A stretch of 64,000 nt of DNA from a virus (taxonomy: Duplodnaviria; Caudoviricetes): positions 1,903 to 65,902 of the IMG/VR virus record IMGVR_UViG_3300027736_000043. One strand, 5' to 3'. Shown one piece after another: positions 8,851-18,349 of this stretch (the stretch's first letter is position 1; each line of letters starts with the position of its first letter). A model generated the notes under the pieces. That model was not told where the DNA came from. It saw only the letters and a program-made list of their open reading frames with translations, and made no database searches. Both the position numbers and the translations under genes were made by a program.

Positions 8851-9275
8851 ATTCGATTTAGAATTTGGCGGCCATGTACTCTTACCTGTATATGACCGTT
8901 GTAATAATCTTGTGATTCCAATACTCGCCTACTGAATTGCTCTCGTGCCTCAATGTATGAGCATTCACTCTTGCTTGCACAGTAGTAGAGTATCTCTCTG
9001 GTAAAATTGATAGTGCCTAGTTGTTCAATGTCTGCGGATAGTTCTGCGCTGGACCCATAATATTGTTGCCAATCAGAATCAATCTTGCTTTGTATCCGTT
9101 TTTTCTTTTTGATGCCGTTCTTTTGTTTGATTACTCGATAAGTTGTTTTTGAGAACTTTGCCAGTTTTTTGCCTATGTATTTGCGTCCAGATAGATTATT
9201 TGTGATCAAATAAACAAATCCCACACATGTTTCGGGCAATGTCTCCACTGGGGTGTTTTGATATAGCCATGTCAT
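8847..9275 (-). CDS. GIY-YIG endonuclease (stand-alone catalytic domain; DenA/Seg-like)
   Basis: GFVYLITNNLSGRKYIGKK...WQQYYGSS...FTREIL...E...YYNG motifs. Confidence 0.88.
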   Translation of the reverse strand: MTWLYQNTPVETLPETCVGFVYLITNNLSGRKYIGKKLAKFSKTTYRVIKQKNGIKKKKRIQSKIDSDWQQYYGSSAELSADIEQLGTINFTREILYYCASKSECSYIEAREQFSRRVLESQDYYNGHIQVRVHGRQILNRI

Positions 9276-9342
9276 GTTGCAGTTTTGTTAATTGTGTCAT
9301 ATAGTTATGCTGCCTGTGGTGATTGTTGTAAAAATCTTGTGA

Positions 9343-10206
9343 TTATTGTAGTTGTGTTTCTCGTCGCCATTGGTTATTAAAATTGGTTCTTAGATCATGT
9401 GTTCCACAAGCTGTTTGGCAGATTGTGTTGGGGGTTAAAGTTTTCCAAGTCACTTTTACTTGCTGTATATCTTCTATCACATTAAATTGTGATCCACCAA
9501 TCCAACAACACGGACTCAATCGTCCTTGTGCATCTATATAAGCACTTTTTTCAGACAGCACATGACACCGTATAGCACCCACACCTGATATAGGTGGTTG
9601 CCAGTTTAGTGGTGACTGTAAAGTATTGGTAAATCCACGATTTGAAACTTTTGCACGGAACCAAGAGAAGCCCATGGCTCGAGCCAAAGATTCGCATTCT
9701 TCTACTTGATGTTGATTGTGTCGATACACCAACATGTCCCAATGTGCTGATCCTCCAGCAGAAATATAAGCATCAGCGTTGGCCATAAGTTTTGACCAAT
9801 CAACTCCGCGCCGATATGTAGTGTTGGTATCTTCCAATCCGTCAATGCTGAACACAACATAATCGAGTGGCTGGTTAAATATCTTTCCTAATTCATGCCA
9901 CCAAAATGTGTTCTGTATAGCACCATTGGTATTCATACCCAATGTGATGTCTGGGTTAAGATGACGCAACCATTGATAGATATCCAAAGTGTTTTTAGCA
10001 GCAGCAGGATCACCGTAAGTACCACACATGAATGCTTTGTCAAGACCGGATATTACACGATCACTGAAATGTTTCTGTATTTGTGGAACTGTGAGATGGT
10101 GTTGTTGTTTTTTATTAAACAAAGGATCAGTTTCTCTGGCACACAATGGACATGCGGCTTGGCATACATCCGTGGGCTCTAAATGCAATACTTTTATTCT
10201 ACGCAA
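9343..10206 (-). CDS. Radical SAM protein with a C-terminal twitch/SPASM-like Cys cluster
   Basis: CQAACPLC (CxxxCxxC), GTYGDP, NTNG, FSIDG; C-terminal C...G.LSPCC...C...C. TTG start. Confidence 0.88.
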   Translation of the reverse strand: MRRIKVLHLEPTDVCQAACPLCARETDPLFNKKQQHHLTVPQIQKHFSDRVISGLDKAFMCGTYGDPAAAKNTLDIYQWLRHLNPDITLGMNTNGAIQNTFWWHELGKIFNQPLDYVVFSIDGLEDTNTTYRRGVDWSKLMANADAYISAGGSAHWDMLVYRHNQHQVEECESLARAMGFSWFRAKVSNRGFTNTLQSPLNWQPPISGVGAIRCHVLSEKSAYIDAQGRLSPCCWIGGSQFNVIEDIQQVKVTWKTLTPNTICQTACGTHDLRTNFNNQWRRETQLQ

Positions 10207-10255
10207 TTTCTACATCCGACTATTTTCTCTAAACTCAACAAAATATAGTATTTTT

Positions 10256-10690
10256 TCATGTGTGCTGGATTTCTATATTGTGTATCAAATTTTTATTACG
10301 CAAATGATAAAAAATTGGAGTTATAAAATTATAACAAAAGACTCCGTTTTTGTGCAAAAAACCATAAGTGTTTTCAACAGTATTGTTTTGAGTAGTGTAA
10401 ATTCCATACTGCTTACAATTGTTACTGATGTCAATCTCGTCAACAGTCAATGTATCTATAATAACAGATAGATCTTCAATTATTTTACCATCTTTGTCAA
10501 TCTTAGTGTCTAATTCAGACTTGTTTAAAAATATCACTTCCAAAGTGTTTGCTCCAAATGTTGGATATCCATTAAATTGGTTTTTTTCATTAGCTAACTC
10601 AATTTGGTTTAATCGTACATAAAATTCTGGATTTTTGTCAGTCAAACACATTACTTTAATTTTGAGACATAGAGAATATTTTTTTTGCAT
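10256..10690 (-). CDS. Hypothetical protein (AT-rich), partner of the B12-radical SAM gene
   Basis: 144-aa ORF overlapping the end of the upstream gene. No recognised motif. Confidence 0.6.
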   Translation of the reverse strand: MQKKYSLCLKIKVMCLTDKNPEFYVRLNQIELANEKNQFNGYPTFGANTLEVIFLNKSELDTKIDKDGKIIEDLSVIIDTLTVDEIDISNNCKQYGIYTTQNNTVENTYGFLHKNGVFCYNFITPIFYHLRNKNLIHNIEIQHT

Positions 10691-12179
10691 TGTGATTTTT
10701 ATACCATTCTAATTGTGTTTTTACTAACCAAATTTTTTGATTCAAATTATCAGTATCCTCACTGGTCATTTGAAGAGATTTTGCTAACTCACACAGTTCA
10801 ATAAATCGATTGACCCGAACATCAAACGTATTTTTGGTATTAGACTTGCTAACCCACGAAAACTCAGTATACCCTTCAATATTAACTGTGTTGATCCCTA
10901 GATCTTTATACATCTGAGTATTGACCATTGGTGTATTCTGAAGCATTAAAAAAGTTCCTATAGGATCTATTTTTAATAAACCGTTACTTCTTGGGTGCCA
11001 ATATTTTATTAAGTCAATAGTTTTTTGCCAGTCTTGATCAGTCTCTGTTGGATAGCCAGCAATTATATTCCAATTTTGTTCAATACCGTATTTGATCAAC
11101 ATACCAGTTGTATAATCTATATCTTGATCAGTGCTGCCCTTGCCCATGTGATTACGTACAGATTCACTGCCACTCTCAAGACCAATTGAAACATTAGCAC
11201 AGCCAGCATCATACATAGACTTGAAATATCGTTCAGGCATATCTTTTTTGCTTCGAACAATAAATTGCCCTTCGTAGTTAATAACTCGAGGCAAATCACT
11301 AGCCAGTATTTGATTCATTTCGTAAAATGGTTTCAACCCACCGTTCATTAGACTATCTGTAAACGAAAAAAATGTTACAGAATGTCTACGATAAAGTTCA
11401 ATAATTTCTTTTGCCACAGTAGATCCACTTCGAAATCTATACCGACCCCATATTTTTCCTACGTCACAAAACGAGCAGTCTCGAACACAGCCTCTGCTGG
11501 CAGTTATTGAAAATGTCAGTCCAGCTGCTTGTGTTTTATCAGTCCTCCAATAACTTCGTTTGTTTTTAGGATACAAGTCAAAGTTATAATCTGAGTAGTC
11601 TGGAATAGGTAACTGTTCTAGCATTTCGTTGCTCAACTGTGGTTCAATTATCAAACCAGACAAATTGTTCTTTATAATTTTTGCCAAAGCATAATCGCCT
11701 TCGCCGAGTAACACACAGTCAGCTAATCCTGAATCCAACATCAAATCGTGCCATTTTTTTCCGTATTCAAATTGAATAATGTCAATGCCGTTGCCGCCAA
11801 TGATGATTTTTATTTTATCAACAGATTTTAATCTAACAGTATAACATAGATCTTCAGTAAATCTCTGACTGTTTTGAGTCAAGCAACTGATAGCTAAACA
11901 AGTTGGAAAAATTTCAATAATCTTTGTTGCATAACTATCTATCAATTTTGAATACCAATCAAATGCCTCAACAGAGACTTTTAACTCTGGCTGTTGCATC
12001 CATGCAGTAATTTCTGAATAGTATTTGTTAGATTGATTTTCAAAATTAAACTCAGCTGATAGATCCCATGCTTGTGCAGATATCTGTTGTTGGCTAACGC
12101 ATGATTTGAGCAATGCCGGTGCCATAGATGGGCCAAGCGTATATGTAAATGGTGCAGTTACTATTAGAACATCTATCAT
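10656..12179 (-). CDS. Cobalamin(B12)-binding-domain radical SAM protein
   Basis: N-terminal P.MAPALLKS...IIIGG...GEGD...LPIPDY, then ASRGCVRDCSFC, GLESGSE and IAGYPTET, which is the class B architecture. Confidence 0.88.
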   Translation of the reverse strand: MIDVLIVTAPFTYTLGPSMAPALLKSCVSQQQISAQAWDLSAEFNFENQSNKYYSEITAWMQQPELKVSVEAFDWYSKLIDSYATKIIEIFPTCLAISCLTQNSQRFTEDLCYTVRLKSVDKIKIIIGGNGIDIIQFEYGKKWHDLMLDSGLADCVLLGEGDYALAKIIKNNLSGLIIEPQLSNEMLEQLPIPDYSDYNFDLYPKNKRSYWRTDKTQAAGLTFSITASRGCVRDCSFCDVGKIWGRYRFRSGSTVAKEIIELYRRHSVTFFSFTDSLMNGGLKPFYEMNQILASDLPRVINYEGQFIVRSKKDMPERYFKSMYDAGCANVSIGLESGSESVRNHMGKGSTDQDIDYTTGMLIKYGIEQNWNIIAGYPTETDQDWQKTIDLIKYWHPRSNGLLKIDPIGTFLMLQNTPMVNTQMYKDLGINTVNIEGYTEFSWVSKSNTKNTFDVRVNRFIELCELAKSLQMTSEDTDNLNQKIWLVKTQLEWYKNHNAKKIFSMSQN

Positions 12180-12195
12180 ATTATAATCTTTGTAT

Positions 12196-13959
12196 TTATT
12201 GAATTTCTATGTCTGTATTGTAACTGGTAAATCCATTCTCTTTTATAACTTTGAGTATGTTTTCTACCCTACTGGTCAATTCATCTCTATGACTGACTAA
12301 CCAAATGCTTTTGTGACGTTCACGGCTCATCTTCTTCAGTAAAGCCAATGCATTCTCTACACCTTGTGTGTCCAATCCCGAATCGATCATCTCGTCAATA
12401 AACAAGATGTTGATGGGTTGATACAAACTTTCCCACACATCTCTGAAGGCCCAACTCATACTCAAGATCAATCGATTGCGCTCACCACGACTTAAATTGT
12501 CAAAGTCTAGTTCCCGGCCCAGTTCTTCAATGCTCACAGTGAGATCGTTTTGAAACTTTACAGTATGCGGCAAGCCAATACGATCAAGATAGTGTGTGAG
12601 CCTGCTGTTGAGATAGCTCAAGTTCTGATCAATGATCTTTTTACGCACAAATGAATCTTTGCTGGTCAACAGTTTGAGCAAAAACTCTTGATGTTCTTGT
12701 ACTCGAGTAAATTCGTTCAAGGTATCATATGATACCACCTGCAAGGCTTGGTCGTTCATGTCTGTGATTTGTTCACTGTACGGATCTGTTTCTGCAGATC
12801 TTGTGGCATGATCTTTTTTCAATGTATCCACAGTGTTTTTGTGATTCAATGCCTGTTCCAAACTGTCATAGAACACTGAGGGTGCTGTGCCTAACACACC
12901 AAGTTCTCTAAGTTTATCCTGATGCTCTATACTCTGCGAGTCATTGGCCAACAATTGCAATGCAAGTTCTTGTAGAGTCTTTTCACGCTGTGCCTTTACA
13001 GTGTCAAGACTGTTGTCGTGTATTTCTGTACCGCAAGCAAAACACTTGTGGCTGGCAATTTGCGTGAGATCTTTTTCAATCTGTACTTTTTGTTTTTGTA
13101 ATTTTGTATCGTCTGAATCAATTTGTCGTATCCAACGATTAGCATCGTCAATGGACTTTTTACGCACATGAAATGTTTCAAGATCTCTGTGTGCTTGTAC
13201 CTCTGCTTCAATGTTGATGTGCTCAAGATCAGCAATGCCTTGTGCTAACGCAGCAACATCTTCTGTTTGTTTGCGGAACCACATGACTCGCCGTTTTTCT
13301 AAACTTTGAATTTGTTCTTCAATGCGTTTGTTGGCTTCTTGTACCGCACGTATGCGTAATTCTTCTGTTTGGATAGAATCTTTGGTTTCTCGATTGAGTT
13401 CTTTGATACGATCAGCACGTTCGCTTAATAAAGTGATACCCAGCAATTGTTCAATGATTGTACGTTGTTCGTTGGCTTTCAAACTCAAGAAAGGTGCTGT
13501 ATAAGTGTTTAGCGCAACAATATGCTGAAACATATCGTGACTCATACCTAACACACGTTCTATAGCTTCTTGCGTTTCTCGACTGTCACCTTGTGCTTCG
13601 TCTTGTGCTGCTTGGTGTTCGTTGTTGACGTAGAATCTGAGCACGTTGGGTTTACGCCCACGTTCAATTCTGTAGTTCTGTCCACTCACACTGAAGTCTA
13701 AACTCACAAGCATGTGTTTGGCATTGGTCTTGTTCACAAGATTGTCTTTGCGGATGTTTGATAATGCCTGACCATACAATGCATAGCTTAGTGCATTGAT
13801 GATTGTGGTCTTACCGGTACCATTGCGACTGCCGTCACCACCCATGTCCAAGTTCTCACCCAGTACCAAGGTAAGGTCAGATCGATCAAAGTCAATAGCC
13901 TGTGTGGCATTGCCCACACTCATGAAGTTTTTAACAGTAAGATTTTTAATTTGGATCAT
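12196..13959 (-). CDS. gp46: Recombination endonuclease ATPase subunit (T4 gp46 / SbcC / Rad50)
   Basis: Walker A NGTGKTT, zinc hook CFAC, signature LSRGE, Walker B LFIDE, H-loop LVSH. Confidence 0.95.
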   Translation of the reverse strand: MIQIKNLTVKNFMSVGNATQAIDFDRSDLTLVLGENLDMGGDGSRNGTGKTTIINALSYALYGQALSNIRKDNLVNKTNAKHMLVSLDFSVSGQNYRIERGRKPNVLRFYVNNEHQAAQDEAQGDSRETQEAIERVLGMSHDMFQHIVALNTYTAPFLSLKANEQRTIIEQLLGITLLSERADRIKELNRETKDSIQTEELRIRAVQEANKRIEEQIQSLEKRRVMWFRKQTEDVAALAQGIADLEHINIEAEVQAHRDLETFHVRKKSIDDANRWIRQIDSDDTKLQKQKVQIEKDLTQIASHKCFACGTEIHDNSLDTVKAQREKTLQELALQLLANDSQSIEHQDKLRELGVLGTAPSVFYDSLEQALNHKNTVDTLKKDHATRSAETDPYSEQITDMNDQALQVVSYDTLNEFTRVQEHQEFLLKLLTSKDSFVRKKIIDQNLSYLNSRLTHYLDRIGLPHTVKFQNDLTVSIEELGRELDFDNLSRGERNRLILSMSWAFRDVWESLYQPINILFIDEMIDSGLDTQGVENALALLKKMSRERHKSIWLVSHRDELTSRVENILKVIKENGFTSYNTDIEIQ

Positions 13960-15440
13960 AAAGTCTTATTATACACATAACCCATGGCTTTTGCAACCTC
14001 AGGATGAGAGTCGGCAAAATTCTGATTTCGTAAGTGATCAAAATGTTTACAAAGTTTTGTAAATTCTTGACCATCTGAATCTGGCGCTGATTTAACATAG
14101 TTTAAAATATTTTTCATCTCAGGCCACGGATGGTTTTGAAATTTGTTAACAATCAAATTCTTAGCACCTGCAGTGAGATGTTTAAGGTCAAAGCCAATTG
14201 GATCAGTTATATACAACGGGTTTACCGTAAGTGACAATTTACTGGCCCACTGCAACAATTCATCGATATAAAAAACATTCATTATACTAATTGCGGGCAT
14301 GATACTAATTTTAATATTAGGCAATTTGAGATTGATCAGTTGATTGATGTTTGAATCAACTTGGTTCCATGATCCTCCACGCTCGAGTTCAAAACGAGCA
14401 CCAATATTGTCAATGCTGAAATGTATATCCACATGTTTGAATTTTTTCCAGTAATCAACAAACTTTTCTGGATAAACTGATCCATTGCTGTTGTAATGCA
14501 ATCTTATATTTTTAGCAGATCCTTGGGCAACAGCTGATTCGGCTAATTTTAATAAAGGTTTGATTAAAAATGGTTCACCACCGTACATGTCTATGTTTGT
14601 TAACGTGGGTAACAATTCTATAATTTCGTCAATAGTTTTAGAGTCAGATTCGGCCCAGTTGACTGTTTTTATAGTGATATTACTAAACTTTTTTGATTCT
14701 TCTGCAAACAGCGAACTAGCCTGCGGCCCACATATGCGACATTTAAAATTGCATGTATTGCCTGGTTTGATATCTAAACTTTTTATTGTAGGCAAATCTA
14801 AGTCAACAGTCAACAACTGTTTTTTCAATAAACTCAAATGATATTTTCTATTACTAATTAATCCTCGATCTTCCATATTCCAACAATGGTTACACCCACT
14901 GGGACGGTTGCCGTCTAAAAAATTTTGACGTAACATAGACATTTTATCATTATAAAACGCATTGTTCAATGAAATATTATTAACATTGCCAATGTTTTGA
15001 GAAGAAACACAACACGGGCGTAATTCGCCTTGTGCTGAAACTTCAAGGTGCTGCCATGGCAATGGGCATAATGTATTTGGTACAAAAAAATTATCTTGTA
15101 ATTTACTAGTCTCTTCAAATTCTATTTTTAAAGTTTGAAACAATATCGGATCTATAGATGTATTTTCTTCACGGACATCATGCGGACTGCAAATTAACAC
15201 AAAAAATTTAGATACATCAATTAGATCAGCAGCCTGATACAAATGCTGTAACAATTTGTTTGATATAACATCAGTAGTATAAAAAACCAATCGATCGTTA
15301 TTGTCAAACACCTCTTGATAGCATGATTGAAACTGTTTATATGCAGCAGTTGGTGTTACAGACAGATTTGCCAAATCAACAAAACATTTTAAAACATACT
15401 GCTTGGAAAGTGCCTGCTTTAATTGTTCTATCGATATCAT
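13956..15440 (-). CDS. Radical SAM protein with an N-terminal extension and a twitch/SPASM-like domain, lying between gp47 and gp46
   Basis: CPLPW...G.LRPCC...CNHCW precedes GNTCNFKCRIC, GGEP, NSNG and SID. Confidence 0.9.
   Translation of the reverse strand: MISIEQLKQALSKQYVLKCFVDLANLSVTPTAAYKQFQSCYQEVFDNNDRLVFYTTDVISNKLLQHLYQAADLIDVSKFFVLICSPHDVREENTSIDPILFQTLKIEFEETSKLQDNFFVPNTLCPLPWQHLEVSAQGELRPCCVSSQNIGNVNNISLNNAFYNDKMSMLRQNFLDGNRPSGCNHCWNMEDRGLISNRKYHLSLLKKQLLTVDLDLPTIKSLDIKPGNTCNFKCRICGPQASSLFAEESKKFSNITIKTVNWAESDSKTIDEIIELLPTLTNIDMYGGEPFLIKPLLKLAESAVAQGSAKNIRLHYNSNGSVYPEKFVDYWKKFKHVDIHFSIDNIGARFELERGGSWNQVDSNINQLINLKLPNIKISIMPAISIMNVFYIDELLQWASKLSLTVNPLYITDPIGFDLKHLTAGAKNLIVNKFQNHPWPEMKNILNYVKSAPDSDGQEFTKLCKHFDHLRNQNFADSHPEVAKAMGYVYNKTL
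13968..13996 (-). promoter_or_regulatory. Sigma70-type promoter for gp46 embedded in the 3' end of the upstream radical SAM gene
   Basis: TTGCAA-17 nt-TATAAT on the minus strand, 8 nt before the gp46 ATG. Confidence 0.6.
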
Positions 15441-16450
15441 AGATTTTGATAGATCTTCAGCAGCAGTTTGTTGTCGTAGAACTCGGATTCAATGTTGGTA
15501 ATCTGATCTGTGACTATCTGATCCACTGATTCAAACTTGATCTCACCAGGTGCCATATCTGTGTCTACTGAACTATTCTTGTTAGGTATTAAGGCCATTT
15601 CTCTTAGACCGTAGTCCTTGATGTATGTTTCTTTGATAAAATTGGCTTCTTCATATGAAATTTCAATGTCCAAGTTTACACGAACATGCATCCTGGGTGC
15701 AAGTAATCCAGCAGCATTGTCAATGATGTTGGCCAGTCCTAGCACACGGTATCTGGGTTGGTCAGGCCAGGCATGATACACAGGATCCTGCCCCCATTCC
15801 AAAATTGTAAGCCCTCGTTCATCGTCGCCAGCATCTGCATAGTTGTGCGGAAATGCATTGCCAATATAAGTGATATTCTTTTTGGTCTGGCGTTTGTGAA
15901 AATGTCCAGTAAACACATGTTCAAAATTGTTGAAGTCTTCTCGACGAACTTCGCCATGATCTGGCATCTCTACCATGGCATTCATCAAGTATCCAGGCAG
16001 TTCAAAATGCCCAAACATGTACTTGCCTTTTAGCTTGGGTATGCGTTTGTGATCATCACCACACAGCCAAGGAGCAATCACAACATCGCCACTGCTGAAC
16101 CAATCGTTACAGATCTCCACATTGGGTAAATGTCGTGCCCACTCTACACTTTGGATATCACGCTTGTCACGATAATATAAGTCATGATTGCCTGGAATAA
16201 ACAACACTCGATCAAAATTAGCATTCATGTGCTCCAGTGCCTGCAGGCTGTAATGTAACGTAACAATATTTAAGCTAGCACGATTGTTGTGCCAGTCGCC
16301 AAGAAACATGCAAGTTTCGCAACCTTCCGCCTTGGCCTTGGCAGTAGCCCACTTTACAAAGTTTAGACAATCCTCATTGTGAGTAGTGCTGTTTGATTTG
16401 AGTCCAAAATGTATATCAGTAAAGATTGCGGCTTTGCGGAATAAGTTCAT
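15437..16450 (-). CDS. gp47: Recombination endonuclease nuclease subunit (T4 gp47 / SbcD / Mre11)
   Basis: Metallophosphoesterase motifs TDIHFG, GDWH, GNHD, GHF, GHFH. Confidence 0.95.
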   Translation of the reverse strand: MNLFRKAAIFTDIHFGLKSNSTTHNEDCLNFVKWATAKAKAEGCETCMFLGDWHNNRASLNIVTLHYSLQALEHMNANFDRVLFIPGNHDLYYRDKRDIQSVEWARHLPNVEICNDWFSSGDVVIAPWLCGDDHKRIPKLKGKYMFGHFELPGYLMNAMVEMPDHGEVRREDFNNFEHVFTGHFHKRQTKKNITYIGNAFPHNYADAGDDERGLTILEWGQDPVYHAWPDQPRYRVLGLANIIDNAAGLLAPRMHVRVNLDIEISYEEANFIKETYIKDYGLREMALIPNKNSSVDTDMAPGEIKFESVDQIVTDQITNIESEFYDNKLLLKIYQNL

Positions 16451-17340
16451 GGGTTGTAAAGTAGTTCTTTTAATTGTACACTAGTTGTGGGGAATATGTC
16501 AAGGCCGTGACACCGGATTTCGTAGCCTAATTCTCTCAATCTCCATTGTACATAAGATTCACTGGGAAGAGGCAAAGGATCCCATGCTGTGGATTTATCA
16601 GTTAAAATTGCATCAATGATTTGATTACAGATAGTGTCTTGATTGACGTATTTTTGTAATTTGATATTTTCTTCATGATATGGCAACAATGTAGCAATAG
16701 GACGGACAATGTCTAGTTGTAAAAAATCTACTAGATCTGTAAGTGTGTTTTCAAAATTATGTAGTAGATCTTTTATAAAAACATATCGACACTGTGATGA
16801 TTGCCACTGATTGGGAAAATACCATTCCACCTGCGATTGCCATGCTGGCATAAGATAAAAACTTAAAAATTCTCGTTGAATCCATGGGTCAATATTTTCA
16901 ATGGGTGTTCCTGAAGTGATTGGCCAACTGTTATATAATTTTTCTAGATCTACACAATATTTAGAAGGGTTCTCCCATATGGATGTCCACGGATTGGTTA
17001 GAATTTTAAAAATCCAGTTATTCAGATTAAGTACTACTGAGTCGGCATCTGGATAGAGAAAAATTATTTTATCAACTGATTGTAAAATTTCATCTAAACA
17101 GGATGAAATTAAGTCGTCTCTGAATATTTTAGGATGTAATCTAATAAACTTTTCAGGCCTTCCTTCTATTAGATATTCTCGCCATCCTTGAATATCCATT
17201 AAATGGTTGCCATCAAAATTATGGCTACTACCCGTCTGGGTAAATGGTATGATTAAATCATCAGTCAGACATAAATTGGTCAAACACCATTCAAGATATG
17301 TGCCATATGCTCCACCATTAAATATTATAGGAACGGTCAT
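16447..17340 (-). CDS. Hypothetical protein, possible sulfotransferase-like (P-loop) fold
   Basis: N-terminal FNGGAYGTYLEW resembles FPKGAGGSWL of ORF 61647. AT-rich gene between gp55 and gp47. Confidence 0.45.
   Translation of the reverse strand: MTVPIIFNGGAYGTYLEWCLTNLCLTDDLIIPFTQTGSSHNFDGNHLMDIQGWREYLIEGRPEKFIRLHPKIFRDDLISSCLDEILQSVDKIIFLYPDADSVVLNLNNWIFKILTNPWTSIWENPSKYCVDLEKLYNSWPITSGTPIENIDPWIQREFLSFYLMPAWQSQVEWYFPNQWQSSQCRYVFIKDLLHNFENTLTDLVDFLQLDIVRPIATLLPYHEENIKLQKYVNQDTICNQIIDAILTDKSTAWDPLPLPSESYVQWRLRELGYEIRCHGLDIFPTTSVQLKELLYNP
16473..16502 (-). promoter_or_regulatory. Sigma70-type promoter for gp47 embedded in the 3' end of the upstream gene
   Basis: TTGACA-18 nt-TACAAT on the minus strand. 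Confidence 0.6.
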
Positions 17341-18245
17341 TCGTCTAAGGTGCTTGTAACCGGACCGCTCATGGCTTCCATACTAGCTCTGCCAGAATTT
17401 TGCCTAGTCCACGAAGGATTCAGGCCATTCATCTCCAGGATATCATCACGAATGTTTTGATTTTTCTTTTCTATATTCAAAATTCTAGTAAAGCTGTTGG
17501 TGATAGCAGCAGTGTAATAGGCAAAAGGATTCTGAGATTTTGACTCGTCAAACTGCAATCCAATTTGGCTCAGCTGTAACAATGCTTGTCCGCGCATTTC
17601 TTCGTTGTAAGTGTAGCCACGCCAGTTTGAGCGTGTGGCATAACGTTCGCACAGTTTCATAAACATGGTGGCTAACTTGCGAGTCATTTCTCCGTGATCT
17701 TTTGAAAACTCTCCAGTTTCTAGTGCACCGCGCCAGTGACTGCGGCCCACGATGAATGGAACTTTTAGTTCGTCTACACGATAATGTTCAAATGGAGGAA
17801 AGTTCAGTCGCACATGGTTCAAACTTAGCACTGGTAAATCTAATAGATCTGCCAATGGATCTTCTTCTTCCGCAGCATCGTCTAGATCCAAAATATCTTC
17901 CAGTCGACGACGTTTGGCTTTGGCTTCTGCTTTGGTAATTTTCTTTGGAGCCATGGGCACATGATCCCACATGGTAATACGAAAAACTATGTCTGTGTTG
18001 GGGATTTTTTTAGGATCAATGATCTCACCAGTTTCACGTTTGATACGATCTGCTCGGTTGCGACGTGCTTCAGCTGTGGTTCGTTGATTGATCTTGTCAA
18101 GACTAGGCAAAATAATATCAAATTGGTGATCCAAGCTGCGATCACGGTACCAACAATAGTTGTTTTTGCTTAGATGTATTTCTTTAAGTATATCTCTGTT
18201 GTTGAGATAGTTGACGCGGGGTGCAGACTTTGGCAATAAAGACAT
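17337..18245 (-). CDS. gp55: Late-transcription sigma factor (T4 gp55-like)
   Basis: YLNNRDIL...CERYATRSNWRGYTYNEEM...FDESKSQNPFAYYT.AI.NSF.RIL. Canonical 55-47-46 synteny. Confidence 0.88.
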   Translation of the reverse strand: MSLLPKSAPRVNYLNNRDILKEIHLSKNNYCWYRDRSLDHQFDIILPSLDKINQRTTAEARRNRADRIKRETGEIIDPKKIPNTDIVFRITMWDHVPMAPKKITKAEAKAKRRRLEDILDLDDAAEEEDPLADLLDLPVLSLNHVRLNFPPFEHYRVDELKVPFIVGRSHWRGALETGEFSKDHGEMTRKLATMFMKLCERYATRSNWRGYTYNEEMRGQALLQLSQIGLQFDESKSQNPFAYYTAAITNSFTRILNIEKKNQNIRDDILEMNGLNPSWTRQNSGRASMEAMSGPVTSTLDE

Positions 18246-18261
18246 GAATTCTCCTGATATG

Positions 18262-18294
18262 TATTTATTGTAACAGATTTAACCAGCTTGTCAA
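18262..18294 (-). promoter_or_regulatory. Sigma70 promoter with extended -10, overlapped by a TAAATA late box, upstream of gp55
   Basis: TTGACA-16 nt-(TGn)TACAAT followed by AAATA, then an AGGAG RBS. Confidence 0.65.
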
Positions 18295-18300
18295 CCTTTA

Positions 18301-18333
18301 TATAAACTATGCCGTTTTTGCACCTGCTAAATA
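18301..18333 (+). promoter_or_regulatory. Late promoter with a conserved upstream motif, copy 1
   Basis: TATAAACTATGCCGTTTTT-8 nt-TAAATA. Near-identical architecture at 26593-26625. Confidence 0.6.
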
Positions 18334-18349
18334 ATATACAGGAAAAACG

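Noticed and set aside
8133-9275. Group I intron with a GIY-YIG homing endonuclease
   Set aside because: No interrupted host gene is visible (the flanking genes converge and look complete) and I could not form a convincing P7 pairing. Not fully excluded without a covariance-model search.
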